Shown here piece after piece: positions 1 to 13,839 of a stretch of DNA of 64,000 nt; within the stretch, counting starts at the first letter, position 1, and each line of letters opens with the position of its first letter. Source of the stretch: Octopus bimaculoides. Lineage: Eukaryota. The DNA lies in NCBI RefSeq assembly GCF_001194135.2, contig NC_069000.1:3250711-3314710 (forward strand). The letters run 5' to 3'. A program made the position numbers and the translations under genes. The notes under the pieces were generated by a model. It was not told the origin of the DNA, did no database searches, and saw only the letters and a list, made by a program, of their open reading frames with translations.

Positions 1-131
1 TATTTCATTCGCAATTTATCTCTCTGTGATTGTCTCCCTTGTTCGACTCAGCATCCTCTCCATCCCTCGCGTCTTATTTTTCCATCTCTCACTCTTTCCC
101 TCTGTATTTGTATGAGTCTGATCTTCCCCCA

Positions 132-180
<49 letters not shown>

Positions 181-808
181 ATCTATCTGTCTCTCTGCCT
201 ATCTTGCCGTTGCTACTTCTTTCTCTAAATCGTTCTCTTTGCAAAAATCTTTCTTTTATTAACAAATATTTGCTTGTTCATTTCGCTGAAATCATGAAAT
301 GTATAATTTCTAACCTTTGCCCTTTGTGTTTTAAATTTGTCATTATTATTTGAATTTATTTCATTGTGTTTTATCGTTTTATTGTCTGATTCCTTTTCGA
401 AATTCTGTAGCTTTTGTATAATACGTAGGCTAAATGATTGCATATAACTTAAATACGCACATATATGCGTATACATATATTTATACGTACAAACAGACAT
501 CTATATATATATATATAAACATACAAACACACTAACATATATATGTATATAAATACACGTACATACACACACATCCATAAACACGCAGATATAAACACAT
601 ACATATGTATATACATACACATACATGCATACATATACAATCATATATACACAGACACAAAAACACACACCCATGTACATACATACGCATGTATGCACAC
701 ATTTACAATAATACATACGCAACAAATAGATATCCCTACATAGGAACAAGCATACATATATGTGTGTGTTTAGTGGATATGTGTTTGCTATCTACTTTTT
801 CCTAATTA

Positions 809-811
809 TGC

Positions 812-854
<43 letters not shown>

Positions 855-861
855 TGTGTGT

Positions 862-904
<43 letters not shown>

Positions 905-1371
905 CNNNNNNNNNNNNNNNNNNNNNNNNNNNNNNNNNNNNNNNNNNNNNNNNNNNNNNNNNNNNNNNNNNNNNNNNNNNNNNNNNNNNNNNNNNNNNNN
1001 NNNNNNNNNNNNNNNNNNNNNNNNNNNNNNNNNNNNNNNNNNNNNNNNNNNNNNNNNNNNNNNNNNNNNNNNNNNNNNNNNNNNNNNNNNNNNNNNNNNN
1101 NNNNNNNNNNNNNNNNNNNNNNNNNNNNNNNNNNNNNNNNNNNNNNNNNNNNNNNNNNNNNNNNNNNNNNNNNNNNNNNNNNNNNNNNNNNNNNNNNNNN
1201 NNNNNNNNNNNNNNNNNNNNNNNNNNNNNNNNNNNNNNNNNNNNNNNNNNNNNNNNNNNNNNNNNNNNNNNNNNNNNNNNNNNNNNNNNNNNNNNNNNNN
1301 NNNNNNNNNNNNNNNNNNNNNNNNNNNNNNNNNNNNNNNNNNNNNNNNNNNNNNNNNNNNNNNNNNNNNNN

Positions 1372-1440
<69 letters not shown>
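809..1440. repeat. (TG)n microsatellite interrupted by assembly gap (N 906-1371)
   Basis: TG tract on both sides of the N run. Confidence 0.95.
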
Positions 1441-1444
<4 letters not shown>

Positions 1445-2161
1445 GGGAGTTGTGTGTGTGCAGTGGAAGTGGGATGGTGAACATTCAACGCTGAAAAGAA
1501 AAACTCAAACAGTGCTTCAGATCTGTGTGAGTATATGTGTGTATGCGTCTGCGTGTACAAGGGAAGTATGTGAATGTTGTGTGAACCAGCGTTCTTTCAG
1601 TAACAGACGATGATCGATGTCACATCTAAAAAGACAACCACGAGATAACAAGTGTATTCGATTTACCATCCATATTTTTATATAAAATACTACAATTACC
1701 CTTCAATTTTGACGGCACGGCGCCAGCTAGTTAATGATAATTCATATATAATTTTTAGCATTAAGTATTTATTCTCTGTCACGCTACAGATTGCCAATAT
1801 CTTCAGAGCATATTAAAATACCACACAGGTTTCAAGAATATTTTATTTGAAAATAGTAAGTAAAACCAAGATAAAAGTTTAAATCAAAGTGTATGTGAAA
1901 GGGAAATTCCATAAAATATACTGGTTGACGTCTATAGTTAGTTTATTTTTATCTCAATTTAAGTAGATCGAATCCAGTGTAGATCGATTTTGCTTAACCA
2001 TAACAAAAATCAAAGAAACATGAAGGAGAAAAAGAAACTTCTTTGAGAAAACACTCAGGGAAGAATCTCAAATCACTTAGGTTAAATGTAGTATATTAAG
2101 TTATACAACCAGAAAATTGATAATATACTTTATTAAAAAGCAGCAAAAATATCACAAAAAA

Positions 2162-2199
2162 CATTTACTCTGAGTTTTACGTTCCCGTTCATCAGATAG
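2162..2199 (-). ncRNA. Degenerate minimal hammerhead ribozyme motif (G12 mutated)
   Basis: Minus strand CTGATGA-ACG-GGAA-CGT-AAAA-CTC-A-GAG-TA; GAAA has become AAAA and stem I is decayed. Confidence 0.6.
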
Positions 2200-2213
2200 T
2201 TTTATTTGGAATG

Positions 2214-2250
2214 TGTCCGACGAACGAAAACGTGAAACTCATGTGTAACA
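2214..2250 (+). ncRNA. Degenerate minimal hammerhead ribozyme motif (U4C core variant)
   Basis: TGT-CCGACGA-ACG-AAAA-CGT-GAAA-CTC-AT-GTG-TA-ACA: stem I TGT/ACA, 3-bp stem II, GUA cleavage triplet. Confidence 0.6.
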
Positions 2251-2754
2251 GATTTTGTGATATTTTCGCTGCTTTTTAATAAAGCATATTACTCTACCTG
2301 GTATTCGAGTACTATGTAATATTCCCCTTGGGAGTTGGATATTGTAATTGCTGTTGCTGCAATTTAGCACCAGGACAGGCTGGATAACAAACATATACGA
2401 AAAATATGATATTTTCAACTACATTGTATTGTTTCCTATATTGTTTGAAAAAGCGAACAATGTGATGTATGTCGAACTTGGCCGATATTACCAAGGACCA
2501 ATAAATCGTGTTGCAGCGCCTATTGGTGATTCCAATGCGTACTAACTGCACCAGGCTTTTACAATTCCTATTCCTCACAATTGCCACCTCGAGAGATATT
2601 CGGGTCAGATTAAATAAAATATATTTCGACTGTTTTTTATTGACGATTCTAATTTTATACAGAATTATTCCAATTGAATTTTTTCCTATATATATCTCTC
2701 AAACATGTTTCGGTCATATTTCTTTTTCAGTTCTCTGTTTAAGATCTGTGTTTA

Positions 2755-2797
<43 letters not shown>

Positions 2798-2911
2798 AAA
2801 AATATATACGCATATATACATGCGCAAACACACATAGTCCTATAATGTATACGAACATGTGTACATTTTTATATAACATAAATGCACACACACACACACA
2901 CACACACCTAT

Positions 2912-2952
<41 letters not shown>

Positions 2953-3654
2953 ACAAATATACACGTACATATACACGCATTTATGTGCGTATATATATAT
3001 ATATATAAACGCGTAGTTTTGTCGATGTATGTGTGATAACTTTTTTGCCCTTCGCACGAGTTCTCTTTATTTATTTAAAGATAACATATTGCAAATGCTA
3101 GTTATATCTATCAGAACCATCTCTGTAGTAGTGTGCCACATACGTAATACAAGTGGTGGTGATGGTGGGTTCTATCTTACACTATACCTACCAATCGTTA
3201 TATCTTGATAACAATATATTCACACGTCGTCTCGTAGACGTCGGCCTATCTTTAAATTAGTTTTTCGCGGTTTGCATTTACTTCACATATAATGGTCGAA
3301 CTCTCTATCTCTCTCTCTCTTCCACACACACGCGCGCGCGCACACACACAAACACACGTATGTATGTATATATATACGTTGTCTTTATGTAATAACATCA
3401 GACGAAGAATGGCTCCAAGGAGATGATACTGTGACCTACAAAACTCCAGAGGTCAGCAAGATATATTTTCACCCCGAGCATACTGCATATCTATTCAATT
3501 ATATTATCATCTGGATGATTCCCAAACACAGAGGTCTTTAATTGCTTCCTAAATTCAGCACACTGCATCGATCGGAATTTGCGGCTCGATTGATTCTCAG
3601 CAAACAGAAAAACACTCACACACACACACAAGCATGCGTGAATATATATATGTG

Positions 3655-3866
<212 letters not shown>

Positions 3867-4340
3867 GACAAAGAGATACATACATACGAACATGTGCACA
3901 ACCACTCACTTTGTGTTTGTGTGTGTGTACAGCAAGAGATACACATGCATATGAAAGTGTATGTGTGCATAAACAACATATACACGTAAACACACGTATG
4001 AATGTACGTATGCATATACCTATGTCATGAAAAGCTTCAGAATATATACTGGAGGCCTCTATGCACGTGGCGTTTTATTTCCTCAGTGTTATCACAGATA
4101 TTTCTACTCCTATGACTAACTACCTATATTATATCAGTCATTTTCAGTGCATTACAATGAGATATCTTGTTCAGGTGTACAGTAATTGGCTGCCGACAGA
4201 TGTTTCTTTTGACAAATGTAACAAGTATAAACGATGCTGGCAGAAGTACTTAATTGTGAATGACATACGTTTGTATTTACATACATCATTTATACACACA
4301 AATACGTATGCGTGGTTTGTAAAAACGTGAATACCCAGAC

Positions 4341-4436
4341 ACAGGGTGGGTGTGTGGTAAGATGTTTGCTTCCGAACCACGAGGTTCCAGGTTCAGAATA
4401 TAGTAGGACTATAGTAGACGTCACTTTGGGCAAGTG
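4341..4436 (+). mobile_element. tRNA-derived SINE family A, 5' head fragment
   Basis: gtgtggtaagatgtttgcttccgaaccac...ggttccaggttcag...ctttgggcaagtg; similar to 55824-55912 and to the reverse complement of 49600-49678. Confidence 0.7.
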
Positions 4437-5204
4437 ACTACCAATGTCCTGTGGAAGGGAATCTTTAAGGAAACCGACATATAAATGCATATGTCTTTTT
4501 ATATATGTAATATATGTATATATATTTATGCATATATGTATATGCATATATATGTATATGCATATATATGTACGGAGCGAGAGAGAAGGGAGCGGGGAAG
4601 AAATGTATACATTAACGGAATCGAACTCGGAACCATATGTTTGAGGAGCGATCTTTTTTTCTTTTCTACACAGTTATAGTTTTGGCTAATTGAATAAACA
4701 TTCTGTTTTATTCTCAATGCACCAAACCAAACCAAGCTACACGCCTTCCTTTTGAAGAGAAATTAATTATTCAGTGATTGCATTGAAACAAATGAGGAAT
4801 TAATAATGGAATAAAGCCAATATGTACGCAGCGAGGCAGAGGGAAAGAGAGATAGAGACGTAAAGAGGGGGTGGGATTCATAGGGATGTCTGCGAGAGAT
4901 TGAGAGTTAGAGAAAGAGGCTGACGAAATTGAGTGACAACAGAAGGTGAATGTTGTACGAGCGTTAGAGAAAGGGGAAAAAAGTATAATTGTACGATAAT
5001 TTGATAGCTAAAAAAAATAACTGGAACAAAATATACAGGGGGAAAAAACGGTTGAACTAGAAAGCGAAGAAACAGGTCATTTAGTACAGAATGGTGGAAC
5101 ACAGCTATGGCTTAGATAATTTGCATATTCTTTTAAAGGAATCAAATGTGTATCATGAGACATTTATTTCAATAACAAACACACAAAATTTTAAATTAAA
5201 TATA

Positions 5205-5306
5205 CAGTAGAACCTCGCAGTACGAGTGCACCAAGGTACGAATAATTTGTATACGAGCCGTATTTTTGTCTTGAAGTACGAGCGTAAATCCCCAGTACGA
5301 GTACAC
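5205..5306 (+). mobile_element. pogo/Tigger-like (Tc1/mariner superfamily) terminus or MITE fragment
   Basis: TA|CAGTAGAACCTCG terminus followed by repeated subterminal TACGAG motifs; no partner TIR found. Confidence 0.6.
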
Positions 5307-6182
5307 AAATCTTCCCATCTTTAAGATAATCCTGTTAATAAAACCAGTTCACATTCTTTTTGCGTTCTCCTTTTTTATATTAAAAAAAAAACAATATTTA
5401 CAAGCCATTATTTATAAATGCTCCTTCGTGATCCATCGTCCCAAAAAGGAATTTTAAATAGAGAGACAGACAGAGAGATAGCGAGACGGAGAGAGATAGC
5501 GAGACGGAGAGAGAGAGAGAGAGATAGAGAGATAGAGAGATGACGTGCATTCATCTATTTTTGTCTACTTCTGTGTTTGTGACTGTGTGTATGGAGTGTG
5601 TGTGTGTAGGCGCCTGGTTATATTGGTATCCGTTTTCTTACAAAAACGATATCAAATGTTGAATATTAGTTTTGTATAGAATATAAAAACTAATTTTGTT
5701 CACTTTATACATATGAAAGTACACACACAAACACATATTTACGTACGAGTCTATGTTTGTTTGTTTGTGTTTGTGTGTGTGAGCGAAAGTATATGTATAG
5801 TATGTATATAGTGTCCGTTTCGGAGATTGTGGATGAGATGACTTTCGTGAACACATTATAAACGAGATATGAAAGTAAACATAATTCGATCTAACAGACA
5901 ACATATTGCTATCAATTGCGTTGATGGTCCATTGACTCTAAATGGTGTCCAATGAAGATCGTTTACAGTATTAATATACGCTCGTTCAGTTTGCTCAAAC
6001 ACATTCATTAGTATAAAATTGAGCACAGACGGAAGACAAATTAAAAGATAAGTATATTTCAATAGAAAGACATAGAAACAAGCCAAGGATATTTGGATTT
6101 GTATGCGTATTATACAAACATACATAAATATATATATACAAAATTTATATATACAAATATGCATGAAATAGATATACATTCG

Positions 6183-6186
<4 letters not shown>

Positions 6187-6262
<76 letters not shown>

Positions 6263-6512
6263 TATGTATACATATATATAATAATATTATATAATATATT
6301 CATATATGCCAATACGTATTATATTTGTATATATTACGTATGAATTATATAGAATGTATATATTTATATATGTATGAGTATATATATTTATATATATATA
6401 TGTATATATAATTGTAGATATATGTATATATATAATTGTATATGTACAGATATGTATATATAATTGTAGATATATGTATATATATATGTGTGTGTGTATA
6501 TAATTGTATATG

Positions 6513-6556
<44 letters not shown>

Positions 6557-6594
6557 TGTATATATATATATATTTGTATATACATGTATATATT

Positions 6595-6629
<35 letters not shown>

Positions 6630-7013
6630 GTATATATATNNNNNNNNNNNNNNNNNNNNNNNNNNNNNNNNNNNNNNNNNNNNNNNNNNNNNNNNNNNNN
6701 NNNNNNNNNNNNNNNNNNNNNNNNNNNNNNNNNNNNNNNNNNNNNNNNNNNNNNNNNNNNNNNNNNNNNNNNNNNNNNNNNNNNNNNNNNNNNNNNNNNN
6801 NNNNNNNNNNNNNNNNNNNNNNNNNNNNNNNNNNNNNNNNNNNNNNNNNNNNNNNNNNNNNNNNNNNNNNNNNNNNNNNNNNNNNNNNNNNNNNNNNNNN
6901 NNNNNNNNNNNNNNNNNNNNNNNNNNNNNNNNNNNNNNNNNNNNNNNNNNNNNNNNNNNNNNNNNNNNNNNNNNNNNNNNNNNNNNNNNNNNNNNNNNNN
7001 NNNNNNNNNNNNN

Positions 7014-7100
<87 letters not shown>

Positions 7101-7109
7101 GTATATATG

Positions 7110-7141
<32 letters not shown>

Positions 7142-7150
7142 TGTGTATAT
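6187..7150. repeat. Complex (TA)n/(TATG) satellite with gap N 6640-7013
   Basis: Direct reading. Confidence 0.9.
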
Positions 7151-7446
7151 ATATACATATACACAAACACACTATATATTGAATGTATTATATATATGCA
7201 CGCGTAAATGCACACACTTGCATATATGGTGGGGTCTATATGTGTGTGTGTGTTTCTGTGTGCATATAACTATGCGTTTTTAATTGAGTATTTGTGTACG
7301 TTTACATCAGTGTAAATAATTGTTATTTATTTTCATTGCATTCTATCGATCTCTGTTTACATAAGAAATACCGTTAAAAGAAAGGGGAACACAAACACAC
7401 CACCGTATAGTTACATATAGACGTATCCTCATGTACACGCAAGCAT

Positions 7447-7488
<42 letters not shown>

Positions 7489-7503
7489 NNNNNNNNNNNN
7501 NNN

Positions 7504-7541
<38 letters not shown>

Positions 7542-7927
7542 CATTCTGTCTAATATAAATAGCGCTATGAATATACCCACACAATTAACAGAAACCACTA
7601 TCTCAAGTACCATATTAGATTTTACGACTGTAATTTCTACATCAAAGCTGAATCATTTAATTTGATAGGTTTTTCGCTCAATCATGATAAATATTGGAGA
7701 TCAGTTATGCGACCTTCTGACTATCGAGATATATATTAAATCTGCTTATTCAGACATCCACAGATAACTTTGACAGCTTATAAAATTCAGCTTTACATAC
7801 ATACTCATATATATATATATATACATACATATACCTACATATACACATACATATATGTATACTTATATATATACATATATATGCATACACAAATATATAC
7901 ACATACATATACGTACTGATCCTTTAT

Positions 7928-8072
7928 CTTTTACTCATTCCAGTAATTGGGCAGCGGGGCCATGCTGTAGCATCGGCTTCAAGAGTTTACTGAAACAACT
8001 CGTCTCCCAGCACTTATATTTTTTCAGCATGGTACTTATCCTATCGGTCTCTCCTCCGAACCCCTTACATTA
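7928..8072 (-). mobile_element. SINE family A, 3' part
   Basis: ggccatgctgtagcatcggc...ggtacttatcctatcggtctctcctccgaacc matches the reverse complement of 30170-30318. Confidence 0.75.
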
Positions 8073-8348
8073 CATGACCATAAACGAACAATCACCGGTG
8101 GCCCTACAGTAATTCATCCCCATATCTTGGTTGACCTATCGCGGTTTATCAGTTAAGCTTACGTCGATACCTCCGTGTTGTTGATTTGCATTTATAATAA
8201 CATAAATACATGCAAATTATAAACATAATAAATATAAGCTTATATGTACAGTTCAGTACTGTTTCTACTTCATGGATTTTTAGTTTTCGCGGGATTTTTT
8301 TGGTACGTAACACCCGCGATAGGCGTGGGATTATTGTGTGCGTGTGTG

Positions 8349-8395
<47 letters not shown>

Positions 8396-8850
8396 ACAAC
8401 CCCAAATACCCTCACACTCACACAAAGATTTATACAAAAACACATGCATACATAAAGCACGGGTAAGAAATTCTCGTTCGATACACTTATGTACACTTTT
8501 TGAGACGGCTTCTCATTAAACCGAGGAATGCTTTTTTTTACCGATAATCCATTTTTAACCAATCCAGGTTTAAGAGACTTTCATAAACAGTAACTTTGAA
8601 GAATCCCTTCATAAGTTTATCTTTGTATGTCTTATGTTTGCAGCTCGGATTTGTGATTTGTTAAATGTTTCCGACAATTTCGGAGCTGAGGATATCCAAA
8701 TTCTGTGCCAATGAGATAACCTAATTAATCAATGAAATTATACATCGATAAAATATGTGTTATGCGATATACATATACTTACATAAACATGTACACATTC
8801 ATTATATAATCATCTACATACGCAGTGTGTGTGCGCGTGTGCGTGCGTGT

Positions 8851-8885
<35 letters not shown>

Positions 8886-8949
8886 TGTGTATGTGTGTGT
8901 GTGTGTGTGTGCGTGTGTATGTGTGTGTGTGTATGTATGTGTGTGTGTG

Positions 8950-9110
8950 GTCAAATGGTGTCGAAATTCTGGCTATGGTAACGGAAAAATAAAGAAAGCC
9001 TTTTGTAACGTTTCGGGCCTACAGCTCTTCAGTAGATAGGAATAAGAAGAAATAAAACAGAGAGAATGAAAAAAAACCCTGTAGAGTTTGGCGGTCCAAC
9101 GTGGCGAATA
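8950..9110 (-). mobile_element. Penelope-type 3' tail fragment with hammerhead-like core
   Basis: Minus strand CTGAAGA-gctgtaggccc-GAAA-CGTTA followed by a T-rich tail. Confidence 0.5.
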
Positions 9111-9714
9111 TATATATACGTGTGTGGGTGTGTGTGTGTGTGTGTGTACATGAAAAGAGATACTATAAATAAATAGCTGTTTAGGCTGAGGATCTTCGCG
9201 TTATGTAAAACACACAATTATTGCTTCATTGTAACAATAAACAAACTCCAGCAAATCTAACGAAGCTGTACTTGTCAGTTTAAATTACAAACTTATATCA
9301 TTAGTAATATATATTTATATATATATTTACACACAGACGTACTATACTTTGAAAATGTGTTCATATATACCAGCGCAGACACCGGCACAGGGATGCACTC
9401 AAATAACAACGCACAGATAGGAAATAATTTTTATGTCTTATTTTCTTGTCTATGAATTTCTCAATGATTTAAGAAATTACCCAGCAATAAGGCGATTTGT
9501 AGATTATGCTCCAATGAATTCCTGTACATAGATCTTTCATATTTAACACACACACATAAACATACGCACACACGCATATATATATGAAATGCCATTTTCA
9601 TTTTTATTTCTTGTTTTGTTTCTATTCATTTCTGTGACAGAGGTTACATAGAAGTTGTGCCATACTCCACCACATTATATTTCTCTTCATTTCTATTGCT
9701 TGCTTCTTCCTTAA

Positions 9715-9746
<32 letters not shown>

Positions 9747-10039
9747 GCTCTGCTTCTTTACCTATATGTGTGTGTCTGTGTACGTGTGTTTGTGTTTATT
9801 TTTCGTTTCAAGATAATCTGTTGGCTAAGTGGATATTCATTTGTAATATCACTCTGTGCACGCAGATGCCTTTTATCTCTTATTTGTTTCAGTCATTTGA
9901 CTACGCCCACGCTGGAGTTTACACGAAACAATTGACCCAATGTTGAACTTCTTCAAGTCTGGCATTTATCCTATCGATTTCTTATACCGAACCGCTACGT
10001 TATGATCAAGTAATCAAATCAATATCGGTCATCAAGCAC

Positions 10040-10152
10040 AAACAAACACACACACACATACACACATTCGATGGCTTTCTTTCAGTTTCCTCTTACCAAT
10101 CCCCTCACAAAATTTAGTCTTCGTAGGGCTATAGTGATAGACACTTGCCGAA
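10040..10152 (-). mobile_element. SINE family A, middle fragment
   Basis: ggctttctttcagtttcctcttaccaatcccctcacaa...gggctatagtgatagacacttgcc, similar to 49520-49610. Confidence 0.7.
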
Positions 10153-10690
10153 ATAATGAACAAGATTAAAAGCGGTGAGCTGACCACACACATTAGATCT
10201 TTAGAAAAAAATCGAAGCAGAATTTCTTCAATCCCGCTGCAGTCGATATTACTTCGACCCTGGAGTGACAAAAGCCAAAGTACCAGTCAAATACTAGGGT
10301 CCATATATTCAACTAGCCCCTTCCCGCCAAATTTCAGACATTTTGTGTATAGTTAAAAAAGAGTATGAACCCTGTTTTCCTTAACCTACACTCCATTGAT
10401 GATCTAAGATTAATTAATATGATAATACTGCTGTTGTTAATCTTAATTTATATACACGTTTGTTGTGTTGGCTGTAGTTTTAATATTGGGACATGAGGTA
10501 ATGTTGTTCTTGTTATAGTTGTTGCCTGATATTGTCAGTAATGTCTTCTTTGCCAAATGGTAACAACGCGAAGGTTCGTTATTTCTCGCATTACTATTGT
10601 TTATAACATTCTTACTGCCAATTTTTTTCCCTACCAGGTTCTCCTTCAATCGCATTGCAGTATTTATCTCATTAGATATTTTGGCCAATA

Positions 10691-10694
<4 letters not shown>

Positions 10695-10763
<69 letters not shown>

Positions 10764-10810
10764 AAGTGAGAGAAAGAGAGAGTGAGAGAAAGTGAGAGAG
10801 AGAGGGGGAA
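10695..10810. repeat. (AG)n microsatellite
   Basis: Direct reading. Confidence 0.95.
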
Positions 10811-11180
10811 GATAGAGAAATAGAGCAGTGGGATGAGAGAGGGAGACCTTTACTAATGTGTGGTGGCCCTGTCTAACTCCACGTACATTTAATTTAGATC
10901 TGACTTTCATATATAACTTCATCTTGTCTCTTCTAAAGTGTGAATTAAATTCAAATGTATCTCTATGTTGTGCTACAGTAAGAGATTAGTCTTAATAATT
11001 TAATGTACAGCTAGTTAATTACAGATTTAATTAACAGAAATTAGTTATTAATTATTTAATTACTTGATGAATTAATAATAAATGAACAGTGGCTTCCATA
11101 CTGAATTCATATTGCTTGATGCAACATCGGAAAGGTGCCCAGAGAGTTTAATAAATTTACAGACACGAAACTTCGCATTA

Positions 11181-11273
11181 TATTGGTTTCAAATTTTGGG
11201 ACAAGACCTGTAGCTTCGTGGGGTTAAGTTGATTTTCATCGACCGCAGGTACTCAACTTGTATTTATTTTATC
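11181..11273 (-). mobile_element. SINE family D, 3' fragment
   Basis: ttggtttcaaattttgggacaag...atcgaccgcaggtactcaacttgtatttattttatc; matches the reverse complement of 46870-46970 and 51450-51550. Confidence 0.7.
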
Positions 11274-11485
11274 TTTTTCCCTCTCTCCCTCTCTCTCTCT
11301 TTTCTCTCCCCCTCTTTCTTTCTCCCTGATGCCATTTATGAATGTTCTCCGCCAAGTACTTTTCAGCCTTCCTCTCTTGACGCCCATTCAAATTCTGTTT
11401 TACAACGGCGTTCTTTCTATTGGCGACATTATGTGATCTGCTAAATTTCATGCTCGTTCTGTAATAGTTTCGGAGGTGAAGTCGA

Positions 11486-11602
11486 TTGGCTTACTATTTA
11501 GTGTATTCGGCCCACGATCGTAAGCTCTGAGTTTCGAATCCCCTCGGTGCGTTGCAAACCTCGAGCAAGACACTTTATTTCACATAGCTAGAGTCCACTC
11601 AG
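11486..11602 (+). mobile_element. tRNA-derived SINE family B, 5' part
   Basis: tggctta...gtattcggcccacgatcgtaag...gagtttcgaatccc (A/B-box-like), gagcaagacactttatttcac; similar to the reverse complement of 47460-47552. Confidence 0.7.
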
Positions 11603-11625
11603 GAGAATCGCAAAAAGATATATAT

Positions 11626-11700
<75 letters not shown>

Positions 11701-12521
11701 TTAATGCTCATGATGGATGGAAGTATTTGGCGATTGATATTTTGACCATCTGGGAACATGCGTATACAGAGAGAGAAAGAGGGTGGGGAGGTAGAAACAG
11801 ACAAACATAATAGACAGACATAGACGAACAGATAGATACACGGACAAGAAGACAAATAGATGGATAGATAGACAGAGAGATAGACGGAGAGATAGATGTA
11901 GACAGCTGTTGTTTGTCATAGAGTGAGCACATGAGTATGTTTGTTGTCTTTCACACTTTAATATTAGTATAAGTAAGCAATGGACAGACTGTATCTTTGA
12001 ACATATGTGCCTAATAATAATGTTCCTCACCATTCCTTGTGTTTATCTCTCACACTTTTCCTCTTTCGTATTCTACTATAATCTCTACTTCACACTATCT
12101 CCCCGCCCTCACACACACACATATACACACTTATATATATACATACACATGTATATCTATACACAAACACATATTAAGAAAGAAAGAATGAAAGAAAGAA
12201 AGAAATTGTGTAATAAATTTAATGTTTTCTGAAATAGCTCAAAATTATCTGTAGAAACATATCTCTCCTCTACACATTTGAGGGTCACAAATTCCTGACC
12301 CTTTCATACATGTTGGCAAACGCAATCCCTGTTTACATTTCCGCTTGGATAATAAAAACCCTCTGATCAATCTGGATATCTTGTCTCGAGATGCAGCTGT
12401 TGTGATGTGCGGGTACAAGCAAACACACACAAACGCATATCGTTATCTGTGCAAGCGTACACGTACACGTGTGGGTCCTTGTTTGTGTGTCTATACACAG
12501 ATAGGCACGAACAACGTTTAA

Positions 12522-12588
<67 letters not shown>

Positions 12589-12934
12589 TATATATTCATG
12601 TGATAAGATAAAATGAGAGAAAGATATATGTACGCATACGCGTTGAAATATGTTTTTATGTGTGTACGTAATTATAAATGCCAGTTAACACATACGTGTG
12701 TCTATTTATAGCATTCATTGTTCGTATGTGTATAGAAAAAGGCCGACCAGGCAGGAGAGAGGGGGGGGGGGAGTTAACATAAAACAAAAAAAAATGAAAT
12801 AAAAACGAAGACACAGAAAGAAACAACAGAATAGAGAAAATCTGAATTGGATGTCTAACGATAGTCAAAGTGAGAAACAAATAATATTTCGATTGGGACT
12901 ACTAAAATGTTTCAGCCATAGCTAATTAGAAGAA

Positions 12935-13131
12935 TTTCATATTTTGGCTCAAGGCCTGACATTTTGAGGGCAGGGGATAGCCGACTGCATAGACCTCAGT
13001 GCAAAAGGGATATTTATTTCATCGACCCCGAAAGGGTCAAAGACAGAATCGTCCTCAGCGGAATATGAACACAGAACGTAGACAGATGAAATATCGATAA
13101 GCATTTTCTCCGATTTAGCCAGCTGGCTGAT

Positions 13132-13169
<38 letters not shown>

Positions 13170-13212
13170 TCATCGCCCACCAAAGGATGAAAGTCAAAGT
13201 CGACCTCGGTTT
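12935..13212 (-). mobile_element. SINE family D copy, (AAT)n tract, then a second family D fragment
   Basis: ttttggctcaaggcc...atcgaccccgaaaggg...cctcagcggaatatgaacacagaacg; second piece ggatgaaagtcaaagtcgacctcgg at 13170-13212. Confidence 0.75.
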
Positions 13213-13492
13213 ATTGAGTCTGTTTATACGTCCGTTATATTGGACAGATACACATTTGCTCGAAGAAAAACTTCTGTCGTAACAAAGAACATGTTGTTTG
13301 ATATAATTTTACTTATGTCTAACGAGTCTCTATTAGACCCCTAGAATTTCATTTTTACTCCACTTGGGTTAATTTACCCCGGTTTTCTGACCCGATATAC
13401 AGCGTTCAAAGACTTATAATTATACCCTGTATTACAGAATATCAATATCGGTATACGCTACCCATTTTTGTTTCTTTCACAAGGGAAATTCT

Positions 13493-13839
13493 CTCAACCA
13501 CATGGTTACGGGTTCAATCCCACTCTGTGGAACCTTGGGTGTCTTCTATTATAGCATCAGGCTGACCAAAGCCTGCTGAGTGGAATACGTTGACGGAAAC
13601 TAAATGAAGCTCGTCGTGTATAGGTGCGTGTAAGTATTTGAGTTCGTCTCCCTACTACTGCTTCACATGCAGTGTTGGTGTGTTTATGTCCCTGTACATT
13701 TCGGTTCGGCAAAAAGAATTCGATTTAGTAAGTATGAGGCTTTAAAAAAAATTGATATGCGGTCAGTTCATTCAACTACAAACTCGTCAAGCCAGTACCC
13801 CAGCATAGGCGCAGTCTAATGACAATAAGAGGCAAAAGG
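13493..13839 (+). mobile_element. SINE family A, near full length, diverged
   Basis: caaccacatggttacgggttcaatcccact...ccttgggtgtcttctattatagc...gaccaaagcc...cggttcggcaaaa...cagcataggcgcagtctaatgac. Confidence 0.8.

Larger units (their letters stand above)
2122..2290. mobile_element. Palindromic repeat: two divergent Penelope-type tail (pLTR-like) copies
   Basis: Left arm aatatactttattaaaaagcagcaaaaatatcacaaaa...tgagttttacgttcccgttcatcaga is the reverse complement, mostly with transitions, of right arm tccgacgaacgaaaacgtgaaactca...ttttgtgatattttcgctgctttttaataaagcatatt. Each arm has a hammerhead-like core followed by AATAAA. Confidence 0.7.

Noticed and set aside
1680-1735. Helitron-like 3' end (...ccagCTAGt) and a Helitron-like start at ~56330
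   Set aside because: No clear subterminal hairpin and no matching partner end nearby.
9076-9100. accctgtaga resembling the miR-10 5' end
   Set aside because: Only the first ~10 nt match, there is no precursor hairpin, and it lies in a retroelement-tail fragment.
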